A stretch of 64,000 bases of DNA, taken from NCBI GenBank assembly GCA_017408395.1, contig JAFQUQ010000026.1, positions 41,656 to 105,655 on the forward strand. Reading direction: 5' to 3'. This document shows, in pieces, positions 18,601-26,488 of this stretch. Source of the stretch: Oscillospiraceae bacterium. Lineage in GTDB: Bacteria; Bacillota; Clostridia; Oscillospirales; Ruminococcaceae. Position 1 is the first letter of the stretch, and the number at the start of each line of letters is the position of its first letter. A program made the translations under genes and the position numbers. Below the pieces are notes generated by a model. That model had not been told where the DNA came from. It did no database searches and saw only the letters and a list, made by a program, of their open reading frames with translations.

Positions 18601-18805
18601 GAGGCTCGATATAAACCTTATCCGCCATAGCCTTGTCTGTCATGATTGTAGCAGGGTTTGAGTTGATAAGAACAACTTCAAGACCTTCCTGCTTAAGCGC
18701 ACGGCAAGCCTGTGTGCCTGCGTAGTCAAATTCGGCAGCCTGTCCGATTACGATAGGACCTGAGCCGATTACCAGTACCTTTTTTATATCATTGCGAAGC
18801 GGCAT
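15605..18805 (-). CDS. carB: Carbamoyl-phosphate synthase large subunit
   Basis: 1066 aa with duplicated ATP-grasp halves and an MGS-like C-terminus. The N-terminus is unmistakable: KKVLVIGSGPIVIGQAAEFDYAGTQA. Confidence 0.98.
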   Translation of the reverse strand: MPLRNDIKKVLVIGSGPIVIGQAAEFDYAGTQACRALKQEGLEVVLINSNPATIMTDKAMADKVYIEPLTLDVVKKIIEIEKPDSVLSTLGGQTGLTLSMQLAKEGFLDKHGVKLLGADPETIDKAEDRQSFKDAMEKIGEPCIPSKVVETLEDAVDFANNEIGYPVIVRPAFTLGGTGGGIAYDEAELRDIATNGLRLSPITQVLIEKCISGWKEIEFEVIRDRKGNAITVCSMENFDPVGVHTGDSIVVAPAVTLTDKEYSMLRNAALNIVNELKVEGGCNCQFALNPKSFEYAVIEVNPRVSRSSALASKATGYPIAKVASKIAIGYTLDEIVNAVTGNTYACFEPSVDYLVVKFPKWAFDKFVYAKRTLGTQMMATGEVMSIGTSFEHAIMKAVRSIELGLDTMNLKKLKDLPDEEIRSRLYNVDDERAFVVFEALKRGISVEEINDITKIDCWFISKLKNLVDLEAWLADGELTEEKYDIAKRYGYLDSTIERISGKKCPKHKSAVFKMVDTCAGEFKAETPYFYSTFDEENEAKEFLEKKNTGKKKIIVFGSGPIRIGQGIEFDYCSVHCVWALKEMGYEAVICNNNPETVSTDFDTGDRLYFDPLTKEDVASILETEKPDGVVVQFGGQTAIKLTRHLADLGANILGTSPDSIDAAEDRERFDELLNKCGIPRPAGHTVMNEEEALKAAQELGYPVLMRPSYVLGGQNMIIAHSDQDIVEYMEIISRGGLENPVLIDKYMMGKEVEVDAICDGTDYLIPGIMEHVERAGIHSGDSISVYPAMTLTKKIRETIIEYTKRLALELKVIGLVNIQYVVYDNEVYVIEVNPRSSRTVPYISKVTGVPMVDIATKIMFGETLKQQGYESGLYKEADYIAVKVPVFSFAKLHDVDTALGPEMKSTGETLGIAKTFEDAVYKGLIGAGYDLKTKKGGGVLITVRDTDKQEILYVAEKFERLGFTIYATSGTASILNKNMIAANVVRRVSEAEPNVMTLLDEGKIDYVISTSSKGRLPALDSVKIRRKTVERSICCLTAIDTANAVADILAMGKDIDDIDMIDVTKI

Positions 18806-18806
18806 T

Positions 18807-19919
18807 TTACTTTACCTCCTTGTATGCTTTCATAAGCTCTGCGAATTCTTCAAAGATGTAAGCGGTAACCTTTGGTCCGCCGCAGAATTCAGGCGGGAAC
18901 TGTACTGTGATACAAGGGAAATTCTTGTAGCGGATACCCTCGCAGTTTCCTTCGTTTGCGTTTCTGTGAGTGATTTCACCCATATCAGCTGTGATGCTGT
19001 CGTTTACGATTGTATAGCCTGTGTTCTGTGCTGTAACGTAGGTATTGCCGTATTTTACATCAAGAACAGGCTGGTTTGCGCCTCTGTGACCGTACTTGAG
19101 CTTAGCGGTCTTTCCGCCTGCCGCAAGAGCTGTCATCTGATGACCGAGACCGAGAGCAAACATAGGAACCTTCTTTTCGGAAAGCTTCTTTATTTCAGCA
19201 ATGACCTCCGCATTTTCCTCAGGATTGCCTGCACCGTTGGAAATAACCACGCCGTCAGGACTGAGTGCCATAACTTCGTCAGCGGAAGTGCCTGCGGGAA
19301 CAACTGTAACATTGCAGCCCTTCTTAAGGAAAGCGTCACGGAAGCTGTTCTTGCAGCCAAGGTCGTAAATCACAACATCATACTGAGCGTTTTCAGCTTC
19401 AAACTTCTCTGCCTTTTCGCAGGTAACAGCCTTGATTGCATTTTCAATTCTGAACTCCTGTACCTTCTTAAGAAGCTCGTCCTTCTTTTCATAAACGTTC
19501 TCAGTTGTGATAACGCCGTTCATTGCGCCCTCTTCACGGATAAGCCTTGTAAGCGCACGGGTATCGATTGTGTGGATACCAACAACATTGTGCTTTTTAA
19601 GGAAAGCGTCAATATCACCCTGACATCTGAAATTGGAGGGGGCGCTGCACCATTCTCTTACAACATAGCCGCTTGCGTGGAGCTTTGAGGATTCGTAGTC
19701 CTCGTCATTTACACCGTAGTTGCCGATAAGCGGAAAGGTCTGTGTAAGGATCTGTCCGTAGTTGCTTGGGTCGGAGAGTGCTTCTTCGTAACCCGTCATA
19801 CTTGTTGAGAAAACGACCTCGCCGTAAGCAGTACCCTTTGCACCGAAAGAGTAGCCCTCGAAAATTCTGCCGTTTGCAAGCATAAGGTAAGCCTTGTCTC
19901 CAAGATTAAATAAAGACAT
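18807..19919 (-). CDS. carA: Carbamoyl-phosphate synthase small (glutaminase) subunit
   Basis: It is a class I amidotransferase with LGLGHQ in place of the usual G-x-C-x-G nucleophile elbow. Its stop is 1 nt from the carB start. Confidence 0.95.
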   Translation of the reverse strand: MSLFNLGDKAYLMLANGRIFEGYSFGAKGTAYGEVVFSTSMTGYEEALSDPSNYGQILTQTFPLIGNYGVNDEDYESSKLHASGYVVREWCSAPSNFRCQGDIDAFLKKHNVVGIHTIDTRALTRLIREEGAMNGVITTENVYEKKDELLKKVQEFRIENAIKAVTCEKAEKFEAENAQYDVVIYDLGCKNSFRDAFLKKGCNVTVVPAGTSADEVMALSPDGVVISNGAGNPEENAEVIAEIKKLSEKKVPMFALGLGHQMTALAAGGKTAKLKYGHRGANQPVLDVKYGNTYVTAQNTGYTIVNDSITADMGEITHRNANEGNCEGIRYKNFPCITVQFPPEFCGGPKVTAYIFEEFAELMKAYKEVK

Positions 19920-19960
19920 TGTTTTTCCTCCTATATATTAAAGTGTTGTATACTTTAAAA

Positions 19961-20893
19961 TTACTTCTTGAGTGCTGGAACGTAAGCTGTGATGTCATCT
20001 CTCATACGGATAACCTCACGTCTTGCAGCCTTTGCAAAGTCCTTTTCATCGCAGCCCTCTGTCTTGTAAGCGCACATAATTGCTCTTGAAGAGTTTACGA
20101 TTGCACCGAGACCCTTTTCATCAAAAGCCTTTGCAACGCCTTCTGCACCACCGCCCTGAGCGCCGTAGCCGGGAACGAGGAAGAATGTGTGAGGAAGCTT
20201 TGCTCTCATTTCAGCAAGCTGTTCAGGATATGTTGCACCTACAACAGCGCCTACTGCGGAATAACCGTACTTGCCGATTGAATCAGCGCCCCACTGTTCG
20301 CACATATCGCCCATAGCGTTGTAAATTGTGCCGCCTTCTTCAAGAAGCTTGTCCTGAAGTTCGCCTGAGGACTTGTTTGAAGTCTTAACAAGAACAAAGA
20401 TACCCTTGTCATTCTTATTGCAAGCCGCAGTAAGAGGAGCGATACCGTCTGTTCCCAGATAGCCGTTTACTGTAAGAGCGTCTGCGCCGAAGCCTTCGAA
20501 GGACTGACCGTCGATTTCAACGCTGCCGAGATAAGCATTTGTGTAAGCTTCCATTGTAGCGCCGATGTCGTTTCTCTTACCGTCAACGATAACGAACATC
20601 CCCTTGCTCTTAGCGTATTCAATTGTGTCGTAAAGTGCCTTAACGCCGTGGTAGCCGTACATTTCGTAATAAGCCGCCTGAGGCTTTACAGCAGGAACCA
20701 GGTCGTAGATCTCATCAATGATAGCCTTGTTGAATTCAAGGATCGCCTTTGCGGCACCCTTTAAATTCTTACCCTCTTCGGCAAAAGCCTTTTCCTTGAT
20801 AAACTCAGGAACAAAGTCCAGCTTAGGGTCAAGACCCGCAACCGTAGGGTTGCCTGTTTCAATAATCTTTGCAATCATTCTGTCTAATGACAT
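19961..20893 (-). CDS. pyrF: Orotidine 5'-phosphate decarboxylase, long (type 2) form
   Basis: It has VAGLDP, VDGKRNDIG and PGYGAQGG motifs. AAGGAG lies 8 nt before the ATG at 20893. Confidence 0.93.
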   Translation of the reverse strand: MSLDRMIAKIIETGNPTVAGLDPKLDFVPEFIKEKAFAEEGKNLKGAAKAILEFNKAIIDEIYDLVPAVKPQAAYYEMYGYHGVKALYDTIEYAKSKGMFVIVDGKRNDIGATMEAYTNAYLGSVEIDGQSFEGFGADALTVNGYLGTDGIAPLTAACNKNDKGIFVLVKTSNKSSGELQDKLLEEGGTIYNAMGDMCEQWGADSIGKYGYSAVGAVVGATYPEQLAEMRAKLPHTFFLVPGYGAQGGGAEGVAKAFDEKGLGAIVNSSRAIMCAYKTEGCDEKDFAKAARREVIRMRDDITAYVPALKK

Positions 20894-20928
20894 TGCTACC
20901 ACTCCTTATATAATTTTAAATATTTAAC

Positions 20929-21582
20929 TTATTTTATAATACCGTTATCCTTTAATATCCATATTGCGGCCGCCGCAAACAGCAGCAGAAATACGGCAAC
21001 AAAAATGATTTCAGCAGGTTTAGCCTTGTATTTCTCGGCATTTTCCAGGTGATCCGCCATATATGAGATTTCATCAGGCTCAAAATTCGGGTCGGAGCCT
21101 TCCAGCCTGCCGCTTAATCCGAATGCGCTTCTTACCTGTTCGAGAGATTTCTTTTTTCTCTCGGTTGCTTCGGTTTCGTAAACCGTGCAGTACACGCCTT
21201 CCTTTTTTTCAAGGGACACATCCAGTGCAGGAGTATCAAAAGTGATTTCTCTTTCAAGAATTCTGCTGTAATACTTTATCCTCAGCACTGTACAGTGGTG
21301 GTCGCCGTGCCTTTTTCTGATGTAATCAACGACCTCGCCCTTACATTCATAACCGTTGTTTACGATATATTCACGTTCTGACCTGAACTCATCCACGGAC
21401 TTTTTCACAAACCATATGATAACTCCCATAAAAGCAATCACCATACCGAAAAATGCGTATCCGCCCGCAAGGTTAAAGTCATTGAAAATCATATCAAAAG
21501 GGAAAATCAGCACAAACACAGCTCCGATAACTATGCATACCTTTGCAATTCCCATACTTTCCGCACGGTATTTTATTCTCAT
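20929..21582 (-). CDS. Membrane protein (2 N-terminal TM, a beta-rich middle, 1 C-terminal TM), tentatively DUF3592-like, embedded in the pyr operon
   Basis: Based on the hydrophobicity pattern and a GEVVDY...VLRIKYY segment. The family assignment is from memory and uncertain. Confidence 0.6.
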   Translation of the reverse strand: MRIKYRAESMGIAKVCIVIGAVFVLIFPFDMIFNDFNLAGGYAFFGMVIAFMGVIIWFVKKSVDEFRSEREYIVNNGYECKGEVVDYIRKRHGDHHCTVLRIKYYSRILEREITFDTPALDVSLEKKEGVYCTVYETEATERKKKSLEQVRSAFGLSGRLEGSDPNFEPDEISYMADHLENAEKYKAKPAEIIFVAVFLLLFAAAAIWILKDNGIIK

Positions 21583-21599
21583 TATGCCCTCCGATTATG

Positions 21600-22859
21600 T
21601 CAGCTTAAATCCTCAAAACGAACTATGCCGTCCGATACGGTAAGCACGTTCTTCCCCTTGAACTTTTCGCCCTTGAAAACTGTATTGTGTGACTTGGAAT
21701 GAAGCTTTTCAGGCTCAACCGTCCACTCCTTGTTCAGATCAACAGCAATAAAGTTTGCCGTTACACCCTCTCTTATTTCGGGAACCTTCAGACCGAGTAA
21801 CTTTCTCGGTTCAGCCGCCATAAGCTCAGCTATACGTTCAAGGCTCATTTTTCCTGTATGATAAAAATGGGTAAGCATTGCAGCAAGTGAAGTTTCAAGT
21901 CCCACAACACCGTTCGGTGCCTTGTAAAAATCAGCTTTTTCTTCAGCAGTATGCGGAGCGTGGTCTGTTACGATACAATCAATCGTACCATCCAGAACAG
22001 CTTCTTCAACAGCCTTTCTGTCGTCCTCTGTACGCAGAGGAGGGTTCATTCTGTAATCAGCGTCCTTTGAACGCACCTTTTCATCCGTGTAGATAAAATA
22101 GTGCGGACAGGTCTCGCAGGTCACCTTAACGCCCCTTGCCTTCGCCTCTCTGATAAAGTCAAGGCTTCCTCTTGTGGAAACGTGGCAGATGTGAATTCTT
22201 GCGTCGGCAGACATTGCAAGAGCGATTTCTCTTGCGGTAATGCTGTCCTCGGAGGAACGGTCCATTCCCTTCACTCCAAGTTCTTCCGAGACAGCACCGT
22301 TATTTATGATGCCGCCGTTTATAATGTTAAGGTCCTCACAGTGAGAAGCTATGAGAATACCGTTCTTGTTTGTTTCAAGCATAGCCTGACGGAGCAGTTC
22401 AGCATTTTCAACAGGTCTGCCGTCATCGGAGATGATTCTTACACCCGTTGCGGCGTGGTCGTAAAGCTCTCCGCCCTTCATACCCTTTGTTATGCAGGCA
22501 GCAGGATAAACATCAACGCCGGTGCCTTCTGCTTTTTTAAGGATGTATTCAACGGTGCTCCTGCTGTCGATGGGAGGATTTGTGTTAGGCATACAAACAA
22601 CGCCCGTAACGCCTCCTGCCAGAGCCGACGCACAGCCTGTCAGCACATCCTCTTTATGTGTAAAGCCGGGGTCTCTGAAATGAACGTGCATATCAAACAG
22701 CGGCGGCATTACAGTAAGCCTGCCCATACCGTCGATAACCTTGTCGGCACTTTCCGTAACATTGCCGATTTCAGCGATTTTACCGTCCTTGATAAGTATA
22801 TCCTTTGTTTTGTCATCCGTTGCACAGATATAAACATTTTTAAGCAGTAAACTGTTCAC
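21600..22859 (-). CDS. pyrC: Dihydroorotase
   Basis: It has DMHVHFRDPG metal ligands and the amidohydrolase fold. GTG start 6 nt after GGAGG. Confidence 0.95.
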   Translation of the reverse strand: MNSLLLKNVYICATDDKTKDILIKDGKIAEIGNVTESADKVIDGMGRLTVMPPLFDMHVHFRDPGFTHKEDVLTGCASALAGGVTGVVCMPNTNPPIDSRSTVEYILKKAEGTGVDVYPAACITKGMKGGELYDHAATGVRIISDDGRPVENAELLRQAMLETNKNGILIASHCEDLNIINGGIINNGAVSEELGVKGMDRSSEDSITAREIALAMSADARIHICHVSTRGSLDFIREAKARGVKVTCETCPHYFIYTDEKVRSKDADYRMNPPLRTEDDRKAVEEAVLDGTIDCIVTDHAPHTAEEKADFYKAPNGVVGLETSLAAMLTHFYHTGKMSLERIAELMAAEPRKLLGLKVPEIREGVTANFIAVDLNKEWTVEPEKLHSKSHNTVFKGEKFKGKNVLTVSDGIVRFEDLS

Positions 22860-22869
22860 GCTTTACCTC

Positions 22870-23412
22870 CTATTCGAGAATAACGACCTTATCGCAGCCG
22901 TGTATTTCCTTAACTCTTACCTGCACAGATTCATCTCTGGAGGTAGGAAGATTTTTTCCTACATAATCGGGTCTTATAGGGATTTCCCTGTGACCTCTGT
23001 CAACAAGCACCGCAAGCTGTATATTCTGGGGTCTGCCCCTTTTCATAACAGCGTCAATGGCAGCTCTTGCGCTTCTTCCTGTAAAAATAACATCGTCCAC
23101 AAGAACGACCTTCTTGTTGCGCACATCAAAATCAATGGTAGTTTTGTCACAGCCGGGATTATGCTTTTCGTCATCCCTGTAAGACGTAATATCCAGCGCC
23201 CCTACCTCAAGACGGACATTTTCCAGTTCGTTTATCTTAGCGGCTATCCGTGAAGCAATGCTTGTGCCGCCCGACATTATAGCCACTATACAGAGATTTT
23301 CCGTACCCTTGTTACGCTCGATGATTTCGTAAGATATTCTGGCGATTGCACGGTTTATGGAATTTTCATCCATAATAACCGCTTTCTCAAGCTTTTCCTT
23401 CAAATCAAACAT
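22870..23412 (-). CDS. pyrR: PyrR bifunctional pyrimidine operon attenuation protein / uracil phosphoribosyltransferase
   Basis: It has the PRPP-binding motif VVLVDDVIFTGRSARAA, and the first gene lies behind a PyrR-type attenuator. GAAAGGT lies immediately before the ATG at 23412. The ORF-track TTG at 23433 lies inside the terminator U-tract. Confidence 0.93.
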   Translation of the reverse strand: MFDLKEKLEKAVIMDENSINRAIARISYEIIERNKGTENLCIVAIMSGGTSIASRIAAKINELENVRLEVGALDITSYRDDEKHNPGCDKTTIDFDVRNKKVVLVDDVIFTGRSARAAIDAVMKRGRPQNIQLAVLVDRGHREIPIRPDYVGKNLPTSRDESVQVRVKEIHGCDKVVILE

Positions 23413-23431
23413 ACCTTTCGTAAATTTCTGC

Positions 23432-23465
23432 AAAAAAATACCTGTCAGCTTTCAAGCAGACAGGT
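23432..23465 (-). terminator. Attenuator terminator of the pyr leader
   Basis: On the minus strand: ACCTGTCTGCT-tga-AAGCTGACAGGT followed by ATTTTTTT, ending about 20 nt before the pyrR ATG. Confidence 0.8.
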
Positions 23466-23561
23466 AATAATATCGGTATATTAACGGCAAATCGCCTTTT
23501 TCGGGCATTTACAGCTATGGCTGTGCCGTTTTATTCTACGCCTGGTATTTACTGCCTTAAC

Positions 23562-23575
23562 GACCTCACGGGATC
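23562..23575 (-). promoter_or_regulatory. Candidate PyrR binding loop in the pyr leader RNA
   Basis: On the minus strand, GAUCCCGUGAGGUC resembles the published ARUCCAGAGAGGYU PyrR box, sharing the UCC-G-GAGG core. Confidence 0.65.
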
Positions 23576-23593
23576 ATCTTAAAAGCTGAAGCT

Positions 23594-23622
23594 ATTATAC
23601 CACACTTCGCTTCAAAAGTCAA
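23594..23622 (-). promoter_or_regulatory. Sigma-A promoter of the pyr operon
   Basis: On the minus strand: TTGACT, 17 nt, TATAAT, with extended -10 TGgTATAAT. Confidence 0.7.
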
Positions 23623-23673
23623 CAGCTTTAATTATGTTTAACATTTTATATATATTTATACGTCAGAATAATT

Positions 23674-26280
23674 TTAAGCTGTGACAATATAAAGATTTAC
23701 GTTATCACGGTCATATTTTGCAGTAAACTGCATAGCGGAATGGTTATCGTCGTAAATATCGTGCTTTTTGAGGTAGATATGCTTTACCGAGTCAGGCTTG
23801 CTCATATCAATTACGTCAAGCACGTATTCGTCAGGCTTTTCAGCGTCACGGGACATCTTTACAACATTGAACGCTCTGCCGTTGTCTGACACAAGCACCG
23901 ACGGAACGCCTCTCTTAAGCTCGGCGGTAAGATATTCAAACGCAGTATCTCCGTCAAAGCCGAAAGAACACAGATTCATACTGTCTATGGTCTCATATCT
24001 GGCAAGAGCATTGAAAAGCTGCTGTTCCTTAAGCGGAAGGCTGTCTACGTCAACGATAGCCTTTTCGTATGTGCTGTACGCTTTAAGCTGCTGGAAGGTG
24101 ATTTTTCTCAGGATAAGGAGCGTATCGGTCTGGCTTACAGTGCCGTTGAATGCACTCTGCATGGTTTTGAAGCCCTTTGAAGCAAGCCAGCTTGAAACCT
24201 CTCCCGTATACATAAGAGCCGATGTATCTGAGCCGAAATCCCATTTTTCATCCTTGGAAAGATACTCGTTATAAGAAGCAAGAGTCGGTATCACAAGTTC
24301 ACCAAGATTAGCCTTGCCTGTTGTGAACAGCTCTTCCTTTGTAAGGTCAAAGGATTCCGTCATAAGAGGAAGGTCGCCTGTATAGTAAAGCTTGTTCAGC
24401 ATTGCACTTCCCACAAGATTTCCCGACGCGCTGTAATTGGTAGGAAGGCCTGCCGCCCTTATGCAGTCTTCAACGGCAAAGCCTGTATCCGCAATTGTAG
24501 TAAGGGAAATCGTATCCCCTTCCTCTGTGCTTATTGCAAGCTTGTCGTTATAGATAAAGTCGATTATCTTGGAGTCGATTTCGTCAAAGGAGTCGGCGTT
24601 TACAGCACGGTAGAATGTACCGTCCGTTTCATCCGCAATGCGTGAAAGAAAATCAATGTCAGTATGCTTGCCGAGGCTTATGGAAATTACGGAAATATTT
24701 TTTTCAGCGCAGATGTCAATAGCGTCCTGCTCATATTCCTCAAAGCTTTCCTGTGAAGGCAGGCCGTCTGTAATAAGCACCATAAACCTTCTGCGTTCAT
24801 TGTCCTTGAACTCCTCCGCAGCCTTTATTACAGCACCCGCAAAGTCAGTGCCGTTAAAGCTTTCCGTAGCTGTTCTTATGTAGTCAAGGCTTGATTTAGC
24901 CAGCCTCTTATCAGAGGTTATGGTTGAAAGAAGCATATAGCTTGCCGTAAACTTTGCAACACCGTAGTGAGCGTTTTCATCAAGAGCGTCTATGATATTT
25001 TCGGAAAGGTTGCATCTCTTGAATTCAAGGTCGTTTTCTTCTGAACCTGTTACAAGCTCACGTGAATACATTGAACCTGAATTGTCTATAACAAACAGCA
25101 CGTCCACCTCGGAGTCGATGGTAAACAGCGTTTTGTCAGCCGCAAAATAAACACCCGACTCATTTATAGTACCTCTCAGGCTTCCGCCGGCAAATGCGGA
25201 AGAAACCTCCGTAACGGTCATTTCTGTCGGATTAAGGCGGAAAAGGCCCACGTTTGCAGCGTCAATATCAAGTGCGGAAAGCTCGTTTTCGCCTATTGCA
25301 ATTTCAAGGAGCGAGCTGGAACTTACGCCGTAAATTTCATAAAGGTTGCCTACAACGCCCGGGTATCTGCTCATAGGAGAGCTGTATTCCTGCATTGAAG
25401 CGCCGCCTATCTGCTCGGAAACGCCCTTCACTGTCAGAGTAGCGGAAAGATTTTTAATTCTGCGTTCAAATGATTTTGCAAGGTCTTTTTCAGACGCTGT
25501 AAGAGGGTCTGTACCTGCAAGATATTCTTCACCGTCCGTCATTCCGTCACCGTCTGTATCGGAATTTTCAGGGTCGGTACCGAACTTTCCCTTTTCAAAA
25601 TCATCGGTAACTCCGTCCATATCCTTATCGAGATAGTAGATGTCGGATTTTACGATAGAGTTTGTTGCCTGTTCAGCGGAAAGTCTTTCGGATACTTCGG
25701 CATAGTACTCCTTGTTAATTGAGCTTACGCCAAGGAATATGCATACATAAACCACAGCCGCACCCACAAGTATTGTTGCAATGACTTTATTACGCTTCTG
25801 AATAAACTCGTAGTTGTTGTAGCGGTTGTGCTTGCGCTGTTTTTTCTTTGTTGTTGCGTGGCTTCCGTCAACTACCGTAAGGTTGTCGTCAACGCCCAGA
25901 TTTTTACGCAGCTTCTTGCTTTTTCTCGTACCCTTCTGTGAAGAAACAACAGGTGCAGAAATACTCTGCGGCTCAGTATTTTCTTCAACGGTCTCTTCTT
26001 CAGCCTCTTCCTCAGCTGTTTCTTCCTCGTAAACCTCTTCCTGTACTTCCTCAGGTTCTTCATAAACCGCCTCAGGCTCAGGCTTTTTTACGGGAGCAGG
26101 TGCAGGTGTATCATCAAAATCAAGTATGGAGTCAATAAGCACATCATCAAGGGGAATATCCTCTGAACGCTTATTTCTGCCTTTTCTTTTCATCGCATAA
26201 ATTTCTTCAATATGCTCTCTCGCACTCATTTCATCGTGCTTTGAGCCTTTGATTTCACGAATATCGTCTCTGTTATCCAT
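23674..26280 (-). CDS. Single-pass membrane protein with an acidic/basic cytoplasmic N-terminus, TSP3-type calcium-binding repeats, a vWA domain and a roughly 300-aa C-terminal domain of unknown function
   Basis: The TM segment is VIATILVGAAVVYVCIFLGV. The TSP3-type repeats are DKDMDGVTDD and DTDGDGMTDGEE. The vWA MIDAS motif is VLFVIDNSGSM. The SD before the ATG at 26280 is weak. Confidence 0.85.
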   Translation of the reverse strand: MDNRDDIREIKGSKHDEMSAREHIEEIYAMKRKGRNKRSEDIPLDDVLIDSILDFDDTPAPAPVKKPEPEAVYEEPEEVQEEVYEEETAEEEAEEETVEENTEPQSISAPVVSSQKGTRKSKKLRKNLGVDDNLTVVDGSHATTKKKQRKHNRYNNYEFIQKRNKVIATILVGAAVVYVCIFLGVSSINKEYYAEVSERLSAEQATNSIVKSDIYYLDKDMDGVTDDFEKGKFGTDPENSDTDGDGMTDGEEYLAGTDPLTASEKDLAKSFERRIKNLSATLTVKGVSEQIGGASMQEYSSPMSRYPGVVGNLYEIYGVSSSSLLEIAIGENELSALDIDAANVGLFRLNPTEMTVTEVSSAFAGGSLRGTINESGVYFAADKTLFTIDSEVDVLFVIDNSGSMYSRELVTGSEENDLEFKRCNLSENIIDALDENAHYGVAKFTASYMLLSTITSDKRLAKSSLDYIRTATESFNGTDFAGAVIKAAEEFKDNERRRFMVLITDGLPSQESFEEYEQDAIDICAEKNISVISISLGKHTDIDFLSRIADETDGTFYRAVNADSFDEIDSKIIDFIYNDKLAISTEEGDTISLTTIADTGFAVEDCIRAAGLPTNYSASGNLVGSAMLNKLYYTGDLPLMTESFDLTKEELFTTGKANLGELVIPTLASYNEYLSKDEKWDFGSDTSALMYTGEVSSWLASKGFKTMQSAFNGTVSQTDTLLILRKITFQQLKAYSTYEKAIVDVDSLPLKEQQLFNALARYETIDSMNLCSFGFDGDTAFEYLTAELKRGVPSVLVSDNGRAFNVVKMSRDAEKPDEYVLDVIDMSKPDSVKHIYLKKHDIYDDNHSAMQFTAKYDRDNVNLYIVTA

Positions 26281-26353
26281 ATCAAAGCCGTTCCACAGCG
26301 CTTTTATGCCTGCGGTATTCTCCTTTCATTTTCATTAAATTAGTTTAAATTAT

Positions 26354-26382
26354 ATTATAACATACCATACACGGCATTTCAA
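26354..26382 (-). promoter_or_regulatory. Sigma-A promoter for the vWA gene
   Basis: On the minus strand: TTGAAA, 17 nt, TATAAT, with extended -10 TGtTATAAT. Confidence 0.6.
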
Positions 26383-26441
26383 TTGAATTAATATTAATTT
26401 TTTACCCTTGCACCGCTTATTTTTTAAGCTTCATTTCAGTT

Positions 26442-26472
26442 CAAACAAAAAGGACGGATAAAAACCCGTCCT
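26442..26472 (-). terminator. Intrinsic terminator after hom
   Basis: On the minus strand: AGGACGG-loop-CCGTCCT followed by TTTTTGTTTG. Confidence 0.65.
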
Positions 26473-26488
26473 CATAACGCTTATTTTA

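Noticed and set aside
16472-19688. Long + strand ORFs (16472-17134, 220 aa; 18792-19688, 298 aa), with similar ones at 22101-22850 (249 aa) and 63090-63767 (225 aa), lying antisense to carB, carA, pyrC and the alcohol dehydrogenase gene.
   Set aside because: Each lies entirely inside, and opposite to, a gene with unmistakable conserved motifs. Their translations are Cys/Phe/Val-rich low-complexity strings with no SD. This is typical of stop-poor antisense frames of biased coding DNA.
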